From NCBI GenBank assembly GCA_013239625.1, contig MU054338.1, positions 6,178,724 to 6,242,723 of the forward strand: 64,000 bases of DNA, in the 5' to 3' direction. Shown one piece after another: positions 31,081 to 44,358 of the stretch. The number at the start of each line of letters is the position of its first letter. Within the stretch, counting starts at the first letter, position 1. Both the position numbers and the translations under genes were made by a program. The stretch comes from Lama guanicoe. Taxonomy: Eukaryota. The notes under the pieces are model-generated. The model saw only the letters and a list, made by a program, of their open reading frames with translations. It was not told the origin of the DNA and did not search any database.

Positions 31081-33719
31081 GCACATGCTGCTTTAAATAT
31101 AAAAGCTGTCCCTTCCTTGGAGCTGACTAGCCCCAGAACCAGGCTTAGCAAAGCCCAGCCAGGCTGGATTTCAGCCCCAACTCACATCTCCTTGGTTCAG
31201 CACTGGCGACCAGAGGGTCCAACTGGGGACTATGGGAGGAACAGGGGGTTTAATGCTCAGATAGGTTAAGTTGTTTGCCCAAAGTCACGTGGGGAAGGCA
31301 GCACTGCCTCAAGTCCGTCCGACTCTAATGCCTGAGTAACTGATTTAGGCTGAGAATCAGAATCAGAAGACACAGGAGGAGGAGGGCCTGGAAGAGCGCG
31401 GAAGTACAGACAAAGAGAAGCACTCCAAAGGCAGGAGCCTCCAGGGGGTGTTCCGAGGAGGCGGGCAAGGGCGCTGAGCGAGCCAGCAGGCCAGGCTGTG
31501 ATCAGATGTGCACTTGGTGTCAACAGGGCCAGATACAGCTGCCAAGGCACATCCAGGGGCCCCCGTGCTTCAGCGTTGCCATTAGGACAATGAGACCACC
31601 CACTGGACCACTTTACTGGGCCTTTCAGGACAACTCTGGGTGGTACACATCAAACATTGCCCCCTCAAGTCTCCCACTGTAACAGGTGAGGCAGTAACTG
31701 CCTTGGGGCCACCTGCTTCCTGAACCAGCAGGGTGTGACCTGCCAGCGAAAGGAGAACTTAAACTACCCCAAGGAGCCATTTTAAAGCCTATCACTACTA
31801 AAAATGGGGCCCGCGCTCCTTCATCACACACCTGCGGCTGGTGAACTTCACACTGAGCAAAACTCAGACTGTTCCCAGGGACAAGTGTCCATATACCAAA
31901 ATGAAGACATGGCCCTTCAGCGAAGGAACGGAATCCCAAAACCAGTCTGGGTTTCCAGGAAGGGGCTGGGGCAGGTTTACACCACGCTACCAGTTTTCTA
32001 AAGAAAGAAAGCCTCTTCTCTACAGGAACTGGAGGGAAACGATACATTCCTTCCCTTCCCTCTTCCCTATGAACTCTGACCTCCCGAGAAACCCAGCTAC
32101 ACCTGGTGCTTCCTTCAAAGACCCTTCCCAAACATGAAGATGAGTAGAGGACGAATTTCTCAGGCCCGTCACACTCATATCCAGAAAAATTCACATCAGC
32201 AGCGTGCAGCTAACAGCAAACTCCAGGAGATAACTGGTCACCCCAGTGAGCCTGACACCACTAACGGGTGACACCAGTAATGACAGCAATGACAGCCCCA
32301 ACTTGGCCTCAACTCAATTCTGACACGTTCACCCTCAGACGTTTCCCTCCAATGTTCCTGCAGTTACCTCCCATTTATAGTATGTTCTGCACGTCCTGTT
32401 TAGTTTTTTTTTTAAACTGTGATTCTCTCTTCAGTGTTCCAATCAATGTTACAAGTTATGAGGAAATAGGTGAAATGGAAAACGAACATCAATGATGCTT
32501 TTCAAAACCCATGCCACAAAGCACACTTCCCTCTTTCCAAACCCGTATGGTGAAACTGCAAAGCATACAATTTTAAAATGATGGACAACGTGGAGGCGCT
32601 GACTCCTCAGCTACCACTTTGAAAACATACAGAACTACTACAATGGGGCAAAAATATATTCTGTATCTCAACCCGCCAGGACATTGGAGGGATCTTGATA
32701 AATGACAACAGCTACAAATTGTTCAGCTCTCGGCGCCAGGCATTGTCCTCTGGCATTTTGTTGGTGTTTGGTCCTTCCAACAATCCTATAATTTGGGTAC
32801 TATTACTGTCCCCCTCTGCAGATAAGGAGACAGATAAAAACGAATGAGAACAGGGCCCCCATCTCCTTGTTCCTGGCTGAGCCCCCAGCAGCAGCTGGCT
32901 CATGGCAGGCGCTCAATGCACGCTTCTTCACTACATGAATGGGGAATGCATGGTTGGCCTACTTCTTGCACAACTCCAGGGGGCGCCATTCACATTATGT
33001 TCTGTCTATGGTGGATGTGAATGGGCCCCTCTGTGCCACGGCAGTGCTGATGACCGAGGCCAGAATTGGCTGCCATGTCAGAGGACTTAAAAGGAGCTAG
33101 GCACTGTCACTCCCATTTCTTTGAGGCACAAGGAGGGAAAAGTGGCAAAGCCAGGAGCCAGACCTGAACGTTTGACTGGAGAGCTCCTGGCGAAATCCCT
33201 TGGACCTCAGTCTCTCCATCAGCAGAAAGCTGTACTCACCATTCACGGAAAACACCTAGTCCTCCCGCCTCTGCCACACGTGATAAACACCTAGGATGTA
33301 CAGCTGGTCGAAGGTTACCTGCCAATGTTTCGAGGACCCACACAGAGTGGTAAAGGTATATACATAAATATGTGTTTATGTTGGAGTGCTTTTCATGGAC
33401 AGAAAGCTTGGAGACCACTCCATTGCCCTACATTAAAGCTCTGATGAGATCACCCCATCACCTCCTGGCTCAAAAACCTGCAAGATCAACATCTCCAGAA
33501 GGGTTGGACACAATATGATTTTAGGTGGCGTGCAGAGGAACGCTTATCATTTTCATAATCATCTATGTGTTGACTTAAAAGAAAATTTTACATCTATATA
33601 TATCTATACCCAGCACATTAAACTTGGGGTTTCTGGGATATAGAATGACTCTAAGTTATATTCTCAGTTTTTGAAATGGTTAACTTGCATATATATACAC
33701 ATACAAAACATAAAAAATA

Positions 33720-33960
33720 CTAACACCAACAAACTGAGAGCTCATTACATGCCAGGCTCTGCAGTGGGCTTCCACCTCCCAAGCTACCTTTTCAACCCTC
33801 ACAACAACCCTTTGAGGTGGTATCATTGTCATAGCTGTTTCACAAGTAAGGGGACCTACTGGAAAGTGTGTTGCTCCAAGTCAAACCAGGATTTAGAGCT
33901 GGGTGTGAATCCAGGAGGACTGATTCCAGAACTAGCCCTCCATACTACCACCCTATATTA
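33720..33960. mobile_element. MIR
   Basis: ttcaaccctcacaacaaccctttgaggt core. Confidence 0.65.
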
Positions 33961-34619
33961 ACCACCACCCCACCCCCTCATTCTTGGGGGGAAGGTAGTT
34001 TGGGAAACAACAAAGTTAAAAAATAAAAACCAACAGCAGCGACTAACATTGCCTACAAGTAAGCCACCCTCACTCAGTCCTGTGCCAAGCACTTCATGCA
34101 TCCTCCCCAGTACCCTCCTCATTCATCCACAAAGGTTCGCCAACAGCCTACTATGTGCAGTGGCCCAGGATACACAGATTAGGTAGACACATCCTGCTTC
34201 GATGGCCCAGAATAGATGTGTAATTACAAACTAGGGTAACTGCTACACAAGAAAGAATCAAGGCAATGTGCGAGTGTAGCAGAGGGGAGAAATGACTGGT
34301 CCCAGGTGGTCAAATGCAACCTCGACAAGCCCTCAATTCTGAGTAAAAGCCCCCTCTTCCATGCAGCCTTCCTGATCTCTGGCTCCCAGCACTCACTTCC
34401 CAGCACATCCATCCACTGTGTTCCTCTAACACAATTTACCACCTGTCCCCCTACATGACAGGAGAAGCTCCTCAGGGCATCCAACCTCCAACCATCTAAC
34501 ACCCAGTAGGGACTCAACAAATATTTGTTGAACAATAAAGGAGACTGGACCGAACAACAACAGTGCTTCCCACTAGCTAGGAACCATTTTACAGGCTTTC
34601 ACCAACTCCATTTGTGGCA

Positions 34620-34740
34620 TTTTCCCCATTTCACAAATGAGGAAACCAAGAAGCTCAGAGAGATTAAGCTACTTGCCTATGGTCACACAGCTAAGCGACT
34701 GACAACGCGAGGACTCAAACTCCAATCCGGTCTGTCAATT
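34620..34740. mobile_element. MIR
   Basis: ccccatttcacaaatgaggaaac...ggtcacacagctaag. Confidence 0.7.
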
Positions 34741-35149
34741 AAAAGTGAAAACTTGTTCCAAATTCCTAGGAAGCGGCTCTTAACGCTTTTTCCCTACTTT
34801 CCTCAAGGACTCACTAGGCGGAAAAAAAAAATCAAGACTGATGTCTTCAAGACTGGCACAAAACACCCTCTCCTGAAAGATCCACGTTTTAAATAAAAGC
34901 CTTAATCTAGAAAATCAATTGGGAGGAAGAGAAAAGGATACAAAACTAAAACAATGCTTTCAACAGCAAATAGCTCCCCCGTCCTTACCCACTTAATGCC
35001 GACCCCTCGCTTCAGGGCAAACATTCTGAAGTCAATACTTGCAAGGGACTGGGAGTTATTTACCTTTCCTTGAAAATCTAAAATGAAGTGATTTTTTTAA
35101 AATAAAATTTTAGGTCGGCTAACCCAAGGGGGCTGCTAATGGTCGTGTC

Positions 35150-36400
35150 CAGGCGACGCTGGACACATCTGGGGTTTTTCCTATGAAGCCGCGACCGCAA
35201 CCAAGCCGAAAGGCAACATTCGAGTCGAACCCGTTACAACGTAGCTAGAAAAGTCCGGACGCCTGGCTATTGTTGCAGCCGCGGCAGAGACCTCGAGGGG
35301 GGCCGGGCTCAAGGCCCGCCGACGGGGCGACGAGCTTTGTCCCACGACCCCAACGAGAGCGCGCGCGGGGGGCGCGCGGCCTCCACGCGGCCCGGGCTCC
35401 CACCCGGTCGGCCCGGGGATACTGTAGCCGCTGCGGCCTCGCTGCACTATGGCCTTCCCCGCGCGCGCGGTGCCGGCCAGGCTTCTTGACCCTCAGGCGC
35501 CGCCGTACCCCGGCCCCGCTCCGGGCGCCGGCGGCCCCCTCCCCCCTCGGCGCCCCGGCTCCATTCAAACCGTCTTCCCAAGCCCCGCGCCACGCTCCCC
35601 CCGCGACCCGCGTTCCTTACCGGGAGTCGCCGGCGCTGTAGCCTTCCCGGCGCCGCCCCCGCCCCTCCGCGCGGGGCCGGGGGCAGAATGGGAGTCTCGC
35701 TTCTCCTCACGAAACAAAGAAGTCGCCGCCGCCGCCGCCGAGCGAGGGTAAGCCTCGTGCGCGCGCCCGCCCGCTTCGGCCGCCCCCCCACGCCGCCCGC
35801 GCCCCCGCTGCGCGCGCACTCGTCACCTCCCCTCCCCCCACCACGGACAGTTTCTCCCGTTTCCGCCGCCTGCCTGCCTCATGCGCGTACCCGCCCGCCC
35901 TTCCGCTCCTAGCGCGCGTGCGCGCCCGTCCTGTGGTGGGTGGGGGAGGTGGGTGTGGCCAGAGGGAGCTAGCGCGCCCGACGCCCCTCCCCACTCCGTG
36001 CGGGACGGTCCTGCGCCTGCGCCTGGGGGCCTTCGTCCTCCGCACGCAGCCCGTCTCAACGCCGCCGAGCATGCGCAGAGCTGACGCCACTGCGGCGGTG
36101 TTGAGGTGGTGGTTGTGGTGGCGGCGGGAGGTTGGGGGATGGGATAAGATGGGGTTGTGGCGGGGTCTGCGGGGAAGGGGTGGCCGATGGGCCCTAAGAC
36201 TTGGAAGTAAGGACCCAAGACCGTGCGTGAGGGCAGGAGGTGAAGGCAGGAGGCGGGCGGGAGGGCTTGGCCGAGGATAAGCAGAGCCGGCTCCTGGGCC
36301 AAGGGCGTACCTGGGAACCGCTTTCATCCCTGGTCAGGGGATGGCGGTACCTGTTCGACAAAGCTTGGCGGGCACCGGCCGTAGCTGCCTTTTCTGCAAA
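35150..36400. promoter_or_regulatory. CpG island promoter of SMARCA4
   Basis: Very high GC and CpG density; GC boxes; NRF1-like motifs at 35914-35923, 36012-36022 and 36067-36077. Confidence 0.9.
35621..35850 (-). other. SMARCA4: SMARCA4 non-coding exon 1 (5' UTR); 5' end approximate
   Basis: Donor cccg|gtaagg at 35620; GGCGGCGGCG..CTTCTTTGTTTCGTGAGGAGAAGCGAGAC resembles the recalled human 5' UTR; lies in CpG island. Confidence 0.8.
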
Positions 36401-37149
36401 ACCTACCTATTAATTAACTTACTGATTAGTTTAGCAAACTGAGCCCCAGCCGCAGGTGCTGCGGCACCGGACAAAGATCTCAACCTCTGTGGTGCTCACG
36501 GTCTAGTGGGGGAGGCAGGCGAGAGGCAAGAGAACTAAGTAAAATACACTTTGTTGAAATGGAGACATGGAGGGTCGTGAAAATGTTAAATGAGGCAGCT
36601 TGGGAAGGCCTCGCTGCGAAGACCTTTGAGTCAGGACGTGAGAGCAGTGAGGGAGATAGCCTTGTCCAAGTGTGAAGGGCAGGAGCCTCTAGACGGCCTC
36701 GTCTCTGTTTTGAAGATATCTGCAGCCCAACCTCATTAAGTCTTGCAACTGGACAAACGCTCCTCCAGGTTAAGCCCTGCAACCTGTGACTGTCCCTATC
36801 TCTGCTTTTCTCAGGCTTGCTCTACTTCATTTTTCAAGTCTCAACTGACTCACCACCTCCACCAGCCTTGCCTCCCTTGATCATTGCCTCCTTTAACTTT
36901 CCTTCACATTTCTTCGGTACCGTACCTCTTTATTATTGTCTGTCTCCCCAACTCAAGTTAAATGACACAATATTGTCAATTTTAGTCCCTAGTGAATACC
37001 AAACATCTAATGTGGTTTCCCTCTCTGCCACATGCTAGATATTTAAGAAAAAAATTTTTTAATTAAAAGAATACTAGAGACTGTCCGTTGAGTGTGTATC
37101 ATACCTGCATCAGATCTTTGGATTTTTCTAAGCCCAAGGTGAGTCCCTT

Positions 37150-38165
37150 GCAGCATAGAGCAGCAGGTGAGATCTCAGGCTGAAGTCAAAAAAACCTGGA
37201 TTGAAAACCTGGCTCCATTGTTAGTAGCTGGGGGATGCCAGGAAGGGTTTTTGGACTCATCTACATTTCCCTTTCTTCACCTGTAAAATGGAAGCCAACA
37301 ACAGCACTCACCTCCACAGGCTGGTTACGAGGAATCCGTGAAAGCAGGCCACCTGGGACTTCCCAGAAGCTTAGCTCCTGATGTTGGGTAGTGTATAGTA
37401 AATGGGCAAGTGGGGTCTGAACTTTGGTCTCTCTCATTCATTCAAGTAGTATTTCTTAAGCGCCCTCAACATGCTAAACACTGAACTGATCATAGGCCTG
37501 CAGTGATGCACGGAGCAAGCAGGGTTCTGGGCCATGGAGCAAACAGTCTAGCTGACTCCCATGTTGATCACACTGATACAAGGTAGGAGAACCTAAGTGC
37601 AGTGGAAGAAAAGCCCAGGGTACAATGAGGTCATAACATGGGGCCTTCCTGGGATTGAGGAGTCAGACCTCTCCGAGGAAGAGGCGTGTATGCCAAGACC
37701 CAAAGGAGAAGGGCACTAGATGGAGAAGACAGGATGTGCCAAGTCCCTGAAGAGGCAAACAGCGTGGGAACAGATGACCGCCGTGTGGCTGTGAGGAGGA
37801 GGTCAGTGGCGGCAGGGCGACGGTGAGAATCTGGAGCTTTTTCTGGAGCACAGTGGGAAGCAGCTGAAGGCCTTTAATCAGGAGAATCCAGCTGCTCTGG
37901 CTGCAGGATGGAGATGGCTGGTGGGGCAAGGAGAGAAAGTGGGGAGTCCTTTTCAGCCATTGCACTGGAGAGCAGTGGAGAGGGTGGGGCTTGCACTAGA
38001 GGGAAGGCAGTGCAGGTGGAGAGAGATGGAGGTAGAGTGGATAGAAATGAAAGAAGTGAACCTGAGAGGTGAGGAAGGAGGGCCCAGTGTAAATGCCAGC
38101 TTTCTCTGCAGCCAGGACACTGGGGACATGGACAGTCTGGCAAGGAAGGATCAAGAGTCCTGTTT
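37150..38165. mobile_element. MIR followed by L2 fragments
   Basis: ttcttcacctgtaaaatgg; cattcattcaagtagtatttcttaagcgcc. Confidence 0.55.
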
Positions 38166-38184
38166 TAAGGACAAGATGTCTTTA

Positions 38185-38221
38185 GAAAGGCAGCTATGCT
38201 AACCACTGTGTCACCAACACA
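38185..38221 (-). pseudogene. Tailless retrocopy of the 5' half of tRNA-Gly(TCC)
   Basis: Reverse complement GTGTTGGTGACACAGTGGTTAGCATAGCTGCCTTTC vs recalled tRNA-Gly-TCC GCGTTGGTGGTATAGTGGTTAGCATAGCTGCCTTCC (31/36); perfect 14-bp TSD. Confidence 0.82.
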
Positions 38222-38309
38222 ACAAGATGTCTTTAAGGAGCAATCGTATAGACCAGTGGTTTATGGCTGTCCATACACTGAAATCCCAGATTAAGTAAAA
38301 CTGATGCCT

Positions 38310-38860
38310 TTAACAGCTATACTTCTGTCTGTGATACACCATGAGTTAATTTTTGTATACGGGATGAGATAAGATCGAAGTTCATTGTTTTGCATAGGGA
38401 CATGCAGTTGTTCTGGACTGTCTGCTTCCTCATTGAACTGCTTTGACACTTTTGCCAAAAATCAGTTGACTGAGACAGAAAGTGTGAGTCTGTTTCTGAA
38501 CTCTGTATTCTGTACTTTGATCAATACGCCTCCCCTTGTGCTAAGACCACACTGTTTTGATGATTGTGGCTTTGTAGTAAGTCTTGAAAGCGGGTAGTTC
38601 TTCAACTTTGTTCTTTTTTTAAGTTGTTTTGGTTACTCTAGATCCTTTGCATTTCTGTGTAAATTTTAGAATCAGCTTATTAATTTCTACCAGAAACCAC
38701 GATGGGCTTTTGAGTGGGATTGCACTGAATCTGTAGACCAATTTGGGGAAAGATGCCATCTTAACATGGCATCTTAACAATATTAAATCTTTGAATCCAG
38801 GAACATGGTGTATCTCTCTGTTTATTTAGGTCTTCTCTACTGTCCATTGAACTTGTTCTT
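38310..38860 (-). mobile_element. L1 ORF2 fragment
   Basis: ttttagaatcagctt, ggattgcactgaatctgtagaccaatttggg. Confidence 0.8.
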
Positions 38861-39139
38861 TTCAGGCCTCTGCTACTCCACTGTCCCTGTTGGAGTCACA
38901 GGGACCTGTGTGTTGCTGAAGGCAGGAGACAGTTCTCCACCTTCCTGGCCTGTTTGCCACAATTGACACCTTCCCTCCTTAGAGCAGTCTCCACACCGCT
39001 TCCAGGGCGCCACACACTCCTGGGTTTCTTCCCACCTCATCTTCGGCTCCTTTGTGGCTTCCTCCTCTTAACACTGATCTCAGACCTTGGTCCCCTGTCT
39101 CTTTCACCCCCTTGGCTTCTGGTCTTGCAACCTTAAGAA

Positions 39140-40920
39140 GTCATCTACATCCTAGGTATCTACCCAGAAGAACTGAAAACAGGAACTTGAACAAATACTT
39201 GTAAATAAATGTTCATTGTCCTGCACTGTTAGTAATACCCAAAAGGTGGAAACAGTCCAAAAATCCATAAGCAGATGAGTGGATAAACAAACTGTTGTAT
39301 GTACATTTGATGGAATGCTTAGCCATAAAAGAGAGCAAAGTCCTAAGATGTGCTACAAAGTGGATAAGCCTCGAAACATGCTAAGTAAATGAAGTCAGAC
39401 TCAAAAGGTCAGGCGTCGTGTGAGTCTATTTATTTAAAATGTCCCAGACAGGCAAATCCATACAGACAAGGCAGGTTGCCGGGGCTGAGGGCCGGAAGGG
39501 AGGAACTGCGTGAAAGGGTTTTATTTGGAGATAATCAAAGTATTTTAGAACTAGAGGGAGATGATGCTGACACAATGTCGTGAATGTGCTGAATATGAGT
39601 AAATTGTTCATTTTTAAATGTTTAATTTTCTATAATATGAATCTCATGTAATTTTTTTTAATCTACGTGCTAATGGTTTCCAAATGTTTATCTCCTATCT
39701 GGACCTTACCCAGAAAACTGCATATGAGACACCACCATCTGAATATTTAATAGGAGTTAAAGTTTCAGTCCCACCCTCTTATGCTAAAAACCTTCCAGTG
39801 ACTCCCATCTTGCCAAAAATAAAAGGGAAAGACTATCAAGACAGACTGGAAGACAAGTTTATACTATAGCACAGGGAACTATATTCAATATCTTGTAACT
39901 TATGGTGAAAAAGAATATGAAAACAAATATATGTTCATGTATGCCTGAAGCATTATGCTGTACACCAGAAATTGGCACAACATTGTAAACTGACCATACT
40001 TCAATATATATGTGTGTGTGTGTATACAAAAAAAAAAAAACCAGGAAGGAAGTATTTGAAAAGACATCTGATAAAAGGTTGTTATCCAAGCATACGAAGA
40101 ACTCATACAACTCCACAATGGGAAAATGAACAACTGAATTACAAGCACAAAAACCTAAACAGACACCTAACCAAAGATGGCAAATAAGCATATGAAAAAA
40201 TGTTCAGCATGATATGTCATTAGGGAGTTGCAAATTAATACAGCAATGATATACCACTACACACCTATTAAAATGGGAGAAATCCAAAACGCTGAAAATA
40301 CCAGGTGCTGATGAGAATGCAGAACAACAGGAACTCTCATTCATCGCTGGTGAATGCGAAATGGCTCAGCCAGGTGTCCGTCAGTGGATAACTGTGTAAA
40401 CAAAACATGGGGTAGCCATTCGATGGAACATTATTCAGCCTTAAAAAGGAAGGAAAGTCTGACACGCTCCAATGTGGATGAACCTTGAGGACATGACGCT
40501 GAGTGAAATAAGCCAGACCCCAAAGGACAAATACCATATGGTGCCACTTACATGACTTGTCAAGAATAGGCAAATTATAATAGAGGTAGGAAGTGGGTAG
40601 AGGTTACCAGGGCCTGGGGCGGGGGGGGAACGGGGAGTGAGTGTTTAATATGGACAGAGTTTCAGTTTGGGAAGACGAAAAGGTTTTGAAGATGGATGAT
40701 GGTGATGTTTGCACAACAGTGTGGATGAACTGAATGCCCCTAATCTATACACTTAAAATGATAAAAATTTTTGTTATGTATATTTTACCACAATTTTTAA
40801 AAGTGGAGAAAAAACATGTTACCTCTGGGGAAAGCTGAGAAAATGTATGAGGAATCTCTATTATTTTTTTTTTACAATTGCACGTGAATCAGCAAAGATC
40901 TTGATAAAATTTTCCCTTTT
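39140..40920 (+). mobile_element. Cluster of L1 3' end fragments (L1MB/MC-like plus a younger L1 tail at ~39855-40040)
   Basis: gatgagtggataaacaaa, agcacagggaactatattcaatatcttgta, gagtttcagtttgggaaga. Confidence 0.8.
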
Positions 40921-42954
40921 AAAAACTGAAATCAATATGCAGATAACCAGTCGATCCAACAGTATTGTCTGCTTTGGCTGCTGTAGGAGCCTGCTGTGTC
41001 TACGGTACTGTGTCTCCTTCAGATTTTTTTTTTAACACAATTGTGAAGATCTTAAATTTTCCGTGTGATAGAAATTCTCATAAACATGCTAACGTGAGGT
41101 TAAACGAAGCAGAGCTGCAATCGCATTTTCTTCGACGTGTTTAAGCTGCCACCCAGGGAAACCAGTGAGACGCTTAGGGTGATGTTTACGAGGAAAATGG
41201 GCTCGAGGCCTGCCGTATTCCTTTGGCTCTTCAGTCTCTCCCGCTCTTGTGCAAGTGTGTGTGTGTAATCACACGTCCTGTGGCCCTTCTGGGTCCTGGC
41301 CGCTGGAGAACCAGCAGGAGCAGGAGTGAGATCGGTCAGTGCCCGATCAGGACGAGGGGACCGTCTAAAATATGTCACCCTCTGTGAAGGCGTAGGAACA
41401 ACACACAACATTCTGCAGAACTCACTACCCACCCCCTTTTATGCCACGAGCTGTATGTCTCGAATGCTTATTTAGCTTGACCCGGCTTTCGGCGCTTATA
41501 CGAATTGGGGCAAATGAGTAGATGAGCAGATTGGAGAGGATGCAAGTCCCTATCAGTGCTCTCATAAGAAACGTTGGGTCCCTTCTCTGTTATATCATAC
41601 CTCAGTTGCTAGAAGAAAATTAAAAGGAAGGCCATCTTCCCTGCTGGGAGCCACAGTCACGCTGGGTGGTAAGATAATTCAGTACAAATGACTTAATCCC
41701 TTATTTGGTTTATTTACCTGTGCTGTGCAACTTCTCCGCCCCTGTGGGCGTTATGTTCTAGATAAATGCACAGAGACTGAACATTAGCGTGTGTGCTGAA
41801 TTGCCAAGGGGGCTCAAGCCTGGAGAATTTTCTGGAGGTTCTGAGACCCTATGGGGTGGAACCTGGAATTTTTTAAATAAAATGCCCAACATGAGTCTTA
41901 CTGTCAGTGATTTCAGTGGGGCAAATCCACGGATTCCACCTGCTTACCCAACCTGCTTGCTCATACAAAAGGTGAGGGTGTCTCCAACAAGTAATTCACA
42001 ACTAGTGTGGCCATGCGATTCATTTAAAATGACCATCTTTTTAACTCTAGATTTAAATGTGTACTGGAAAACACATTTTTAATGTGTTTCTCAGAATCCT
42101 CTGGAGGGCCTGTTAACATGCCGGCCGCTGGGCCCAGCCCACGGAGCATCTGATTCAGCAGTTCCAGGGCAGAGCCTGAGAACCTGCATTGCCAGGCCCC
42201 CAGGTAACGCTGTGTTTGGTGATGAAATCCTCGCGCTAACCTAGCAAGATTCAGGCCGTTGTCATCCTGGTGCCCTTTTCACAAGTGAGGCAGCTGAGCC
42301 CAGAGGTTTAGAAGCTTGTTGTGGGTCACACATCAGGGGTAGGGGGTTAGGGACGGCAGGCCCTCTCCAAGCACAGCTCTGTCTGGTCCCTGGGAGGAGC
42401 CACCATCCAGGAAGGCAGACTCCTACACCCTTTGGGGCCGAATGCATGTATTACCCGTTTACTTTAAATGCACCCTTGAGTGGCTCAGAATGAGGCCCTG
42501 ACTTTGTCAAGTGGCCCACAAGGCCCTGCCTCCTCCAGCCTCCTCGATGGTGGTCCTTTCTCTACCTGCTTCGAAACAGCAGCTATATACACTTAACTGG
42601 AGGCCCCTTTTTGTCCTTTGTCCCTTTCTGGTCTCCTGGCATTTGCACACCATTCCGCAGCCTGCATGCTCGTGCTCTGCCTCCCTCCTTGGCTTCCTAC
42701 ACAAGGACTGGGCTTAGATTTAGCTTCTACCCCTGCCCCAAATGGTTAGACACCCTTCCTCTGTTGGAAGAAATAGGGACATTTAGGGGGGAAGGGAATC
42801 CTTTTTCAAAAGTATTGAACGGATGAGCTTAGCAAGCCAAAGGGTGTTTAATATTAATTAAAGATATGAATATTAGCAACAATAGCTAACTCTTGTATCG
42901 CAATTCCTGGGTGCCAACTGCTATTCTAAGCCATGAATATGTAAATTTAAATGT

Positions 42955-44005
42955 AACGGAAATGCCAGTTGGTACAACCACTTTGGAAGACAGTTTGGCA
43001 GTTCTTACAAAACTGAACACACTCCTATCATCCAGCTCCTAGGTATTTACCAAAATGTATTAAAACCTGAAGTCCACACAAAAACCTGCACGTAAGTGTT
43101 TCGAGCCACTTTATTCATAATTGTCAAAACTTAGAAGCAACCAAGATGTCCCTCAATAAATGAATAGAGGAACAAACTGTGGTAAATCCAGACAGTGGAA
43201 TATTAGCACTATAAAGAAACAAGATCAAACCACAGAAAGACATGGAGGAAACTTAAATGCATATTTCTGAGTGCAAGAAGTCAAACTTTAATGGCTACAT
43301 CCTGTGTGATTCTAACTATATGACATTGTGGAAAAGATGAAACTGGAGATAGTAAAAGGAGACACACCCCCTCCTCCCAGGTTTAGAGTGGGAGGCAGGA
43401 AGAGGTAGAGCACAGAGGACTTTTAGAGCAGTGAAACCATTCTGTGGGATACAGTCAAGATGGATAGGTGTCATTATACATTGGTCCAAGCCCACAGAAT
43501 GTGCAACACAGAGTGTGGCCCTTCATGTAAACTGTGGACTCTGGGTGATGGTGGTGTGTCAGTGTAAGTGTATCATTTGCAACAAGTATACCAGGCTGGT
43601 GGGGGATGTGGACAGTGGAGGAGGCTATGCATGTTGCGGGTAAGGGGTCTATGGAATATCTCTGTACCTTCTGCTCAATTTTGCTGTAAGCTTAAAACTG
43701 CCCTAAAAAATAAAGCCTGCTTTAAAAAATAGAATATACAAAAACATGAGTGAACCCTAATGTAAACTGTAGAATTTAGTTAATAATAATGTATCAGTAT
43801 TGATTCTATTGTAACAAATATCAATTATAACCAATGTTAATTGTAACAAATGTTCCACATCAATGCAAAATGTTAATAATTAGGGAAATTGGAAACTCTG
43901 GGGCAGAGGGCTGATGGGGAGAGAAGATTTGTGGGAATTCTGTACTATTTGCTCAGTTTTTCATAAACCTAAAACTGCTCCAAAAAAATAAAGTCTATTT
44001 ATTTT
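42955..44005 (+). mobile_element. L1MC/MD-like 3' end
   Basis: ggtacaaccactttggaagacagtttggcag; gtaaactgtggactctgggtgat; aaaataaag tails. Confidence 0.8.
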
Positions 44006-44274
44006 AAAACCTATATGTCCATGTCTGGAGGGAACTAGTATTTAATGCTAATCTACTGTTATAAAGTATTCTACATTTATATGACTTCAGAGGCTCATAT
44101 AGAAAAGGACACCCTTCCTCCGTTGTCCCACATCCAGTTCCAACACCACAGGGGAGGCAGATTTGCATATTTATTTGTCTATTCTGTAGATTTCCATGTT
44201 TGGAATCCTGTTTAAGGTTTTAGGCTGCCTTCAATACTTTTGAAATACAGATATTTCCTATTTTTAACCCCCTT

Positions 44275-44358
44275 CCAGGTTCCGACCACCAAAAACTGTC
44301 TCCAGACTTGACCAGATGTCCCTTGGAGGGCAAAATCATCCCCCATTGAGAAGCACTG
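44275..44358. mobile_element. MER20-like hAT fragment
   Basis: tgtctccagac..agatgtcccttggagggcaaaatc..cattgagaagcactg. Confidence 0.65.

Noticed and set aside
35181..36327. Many overlapping 80-206 aa ORFs
   Set aside because: Stop-poor GC-rich CpG island giving low-complexity R/G/A/P translations
41547..41558. tccctatcagtg matches the first 12 nt of the tet operator
   Set aside because: The second half-site (atagaga) is absent, it is a single copy, and there is no vector sequence nearby; chance match
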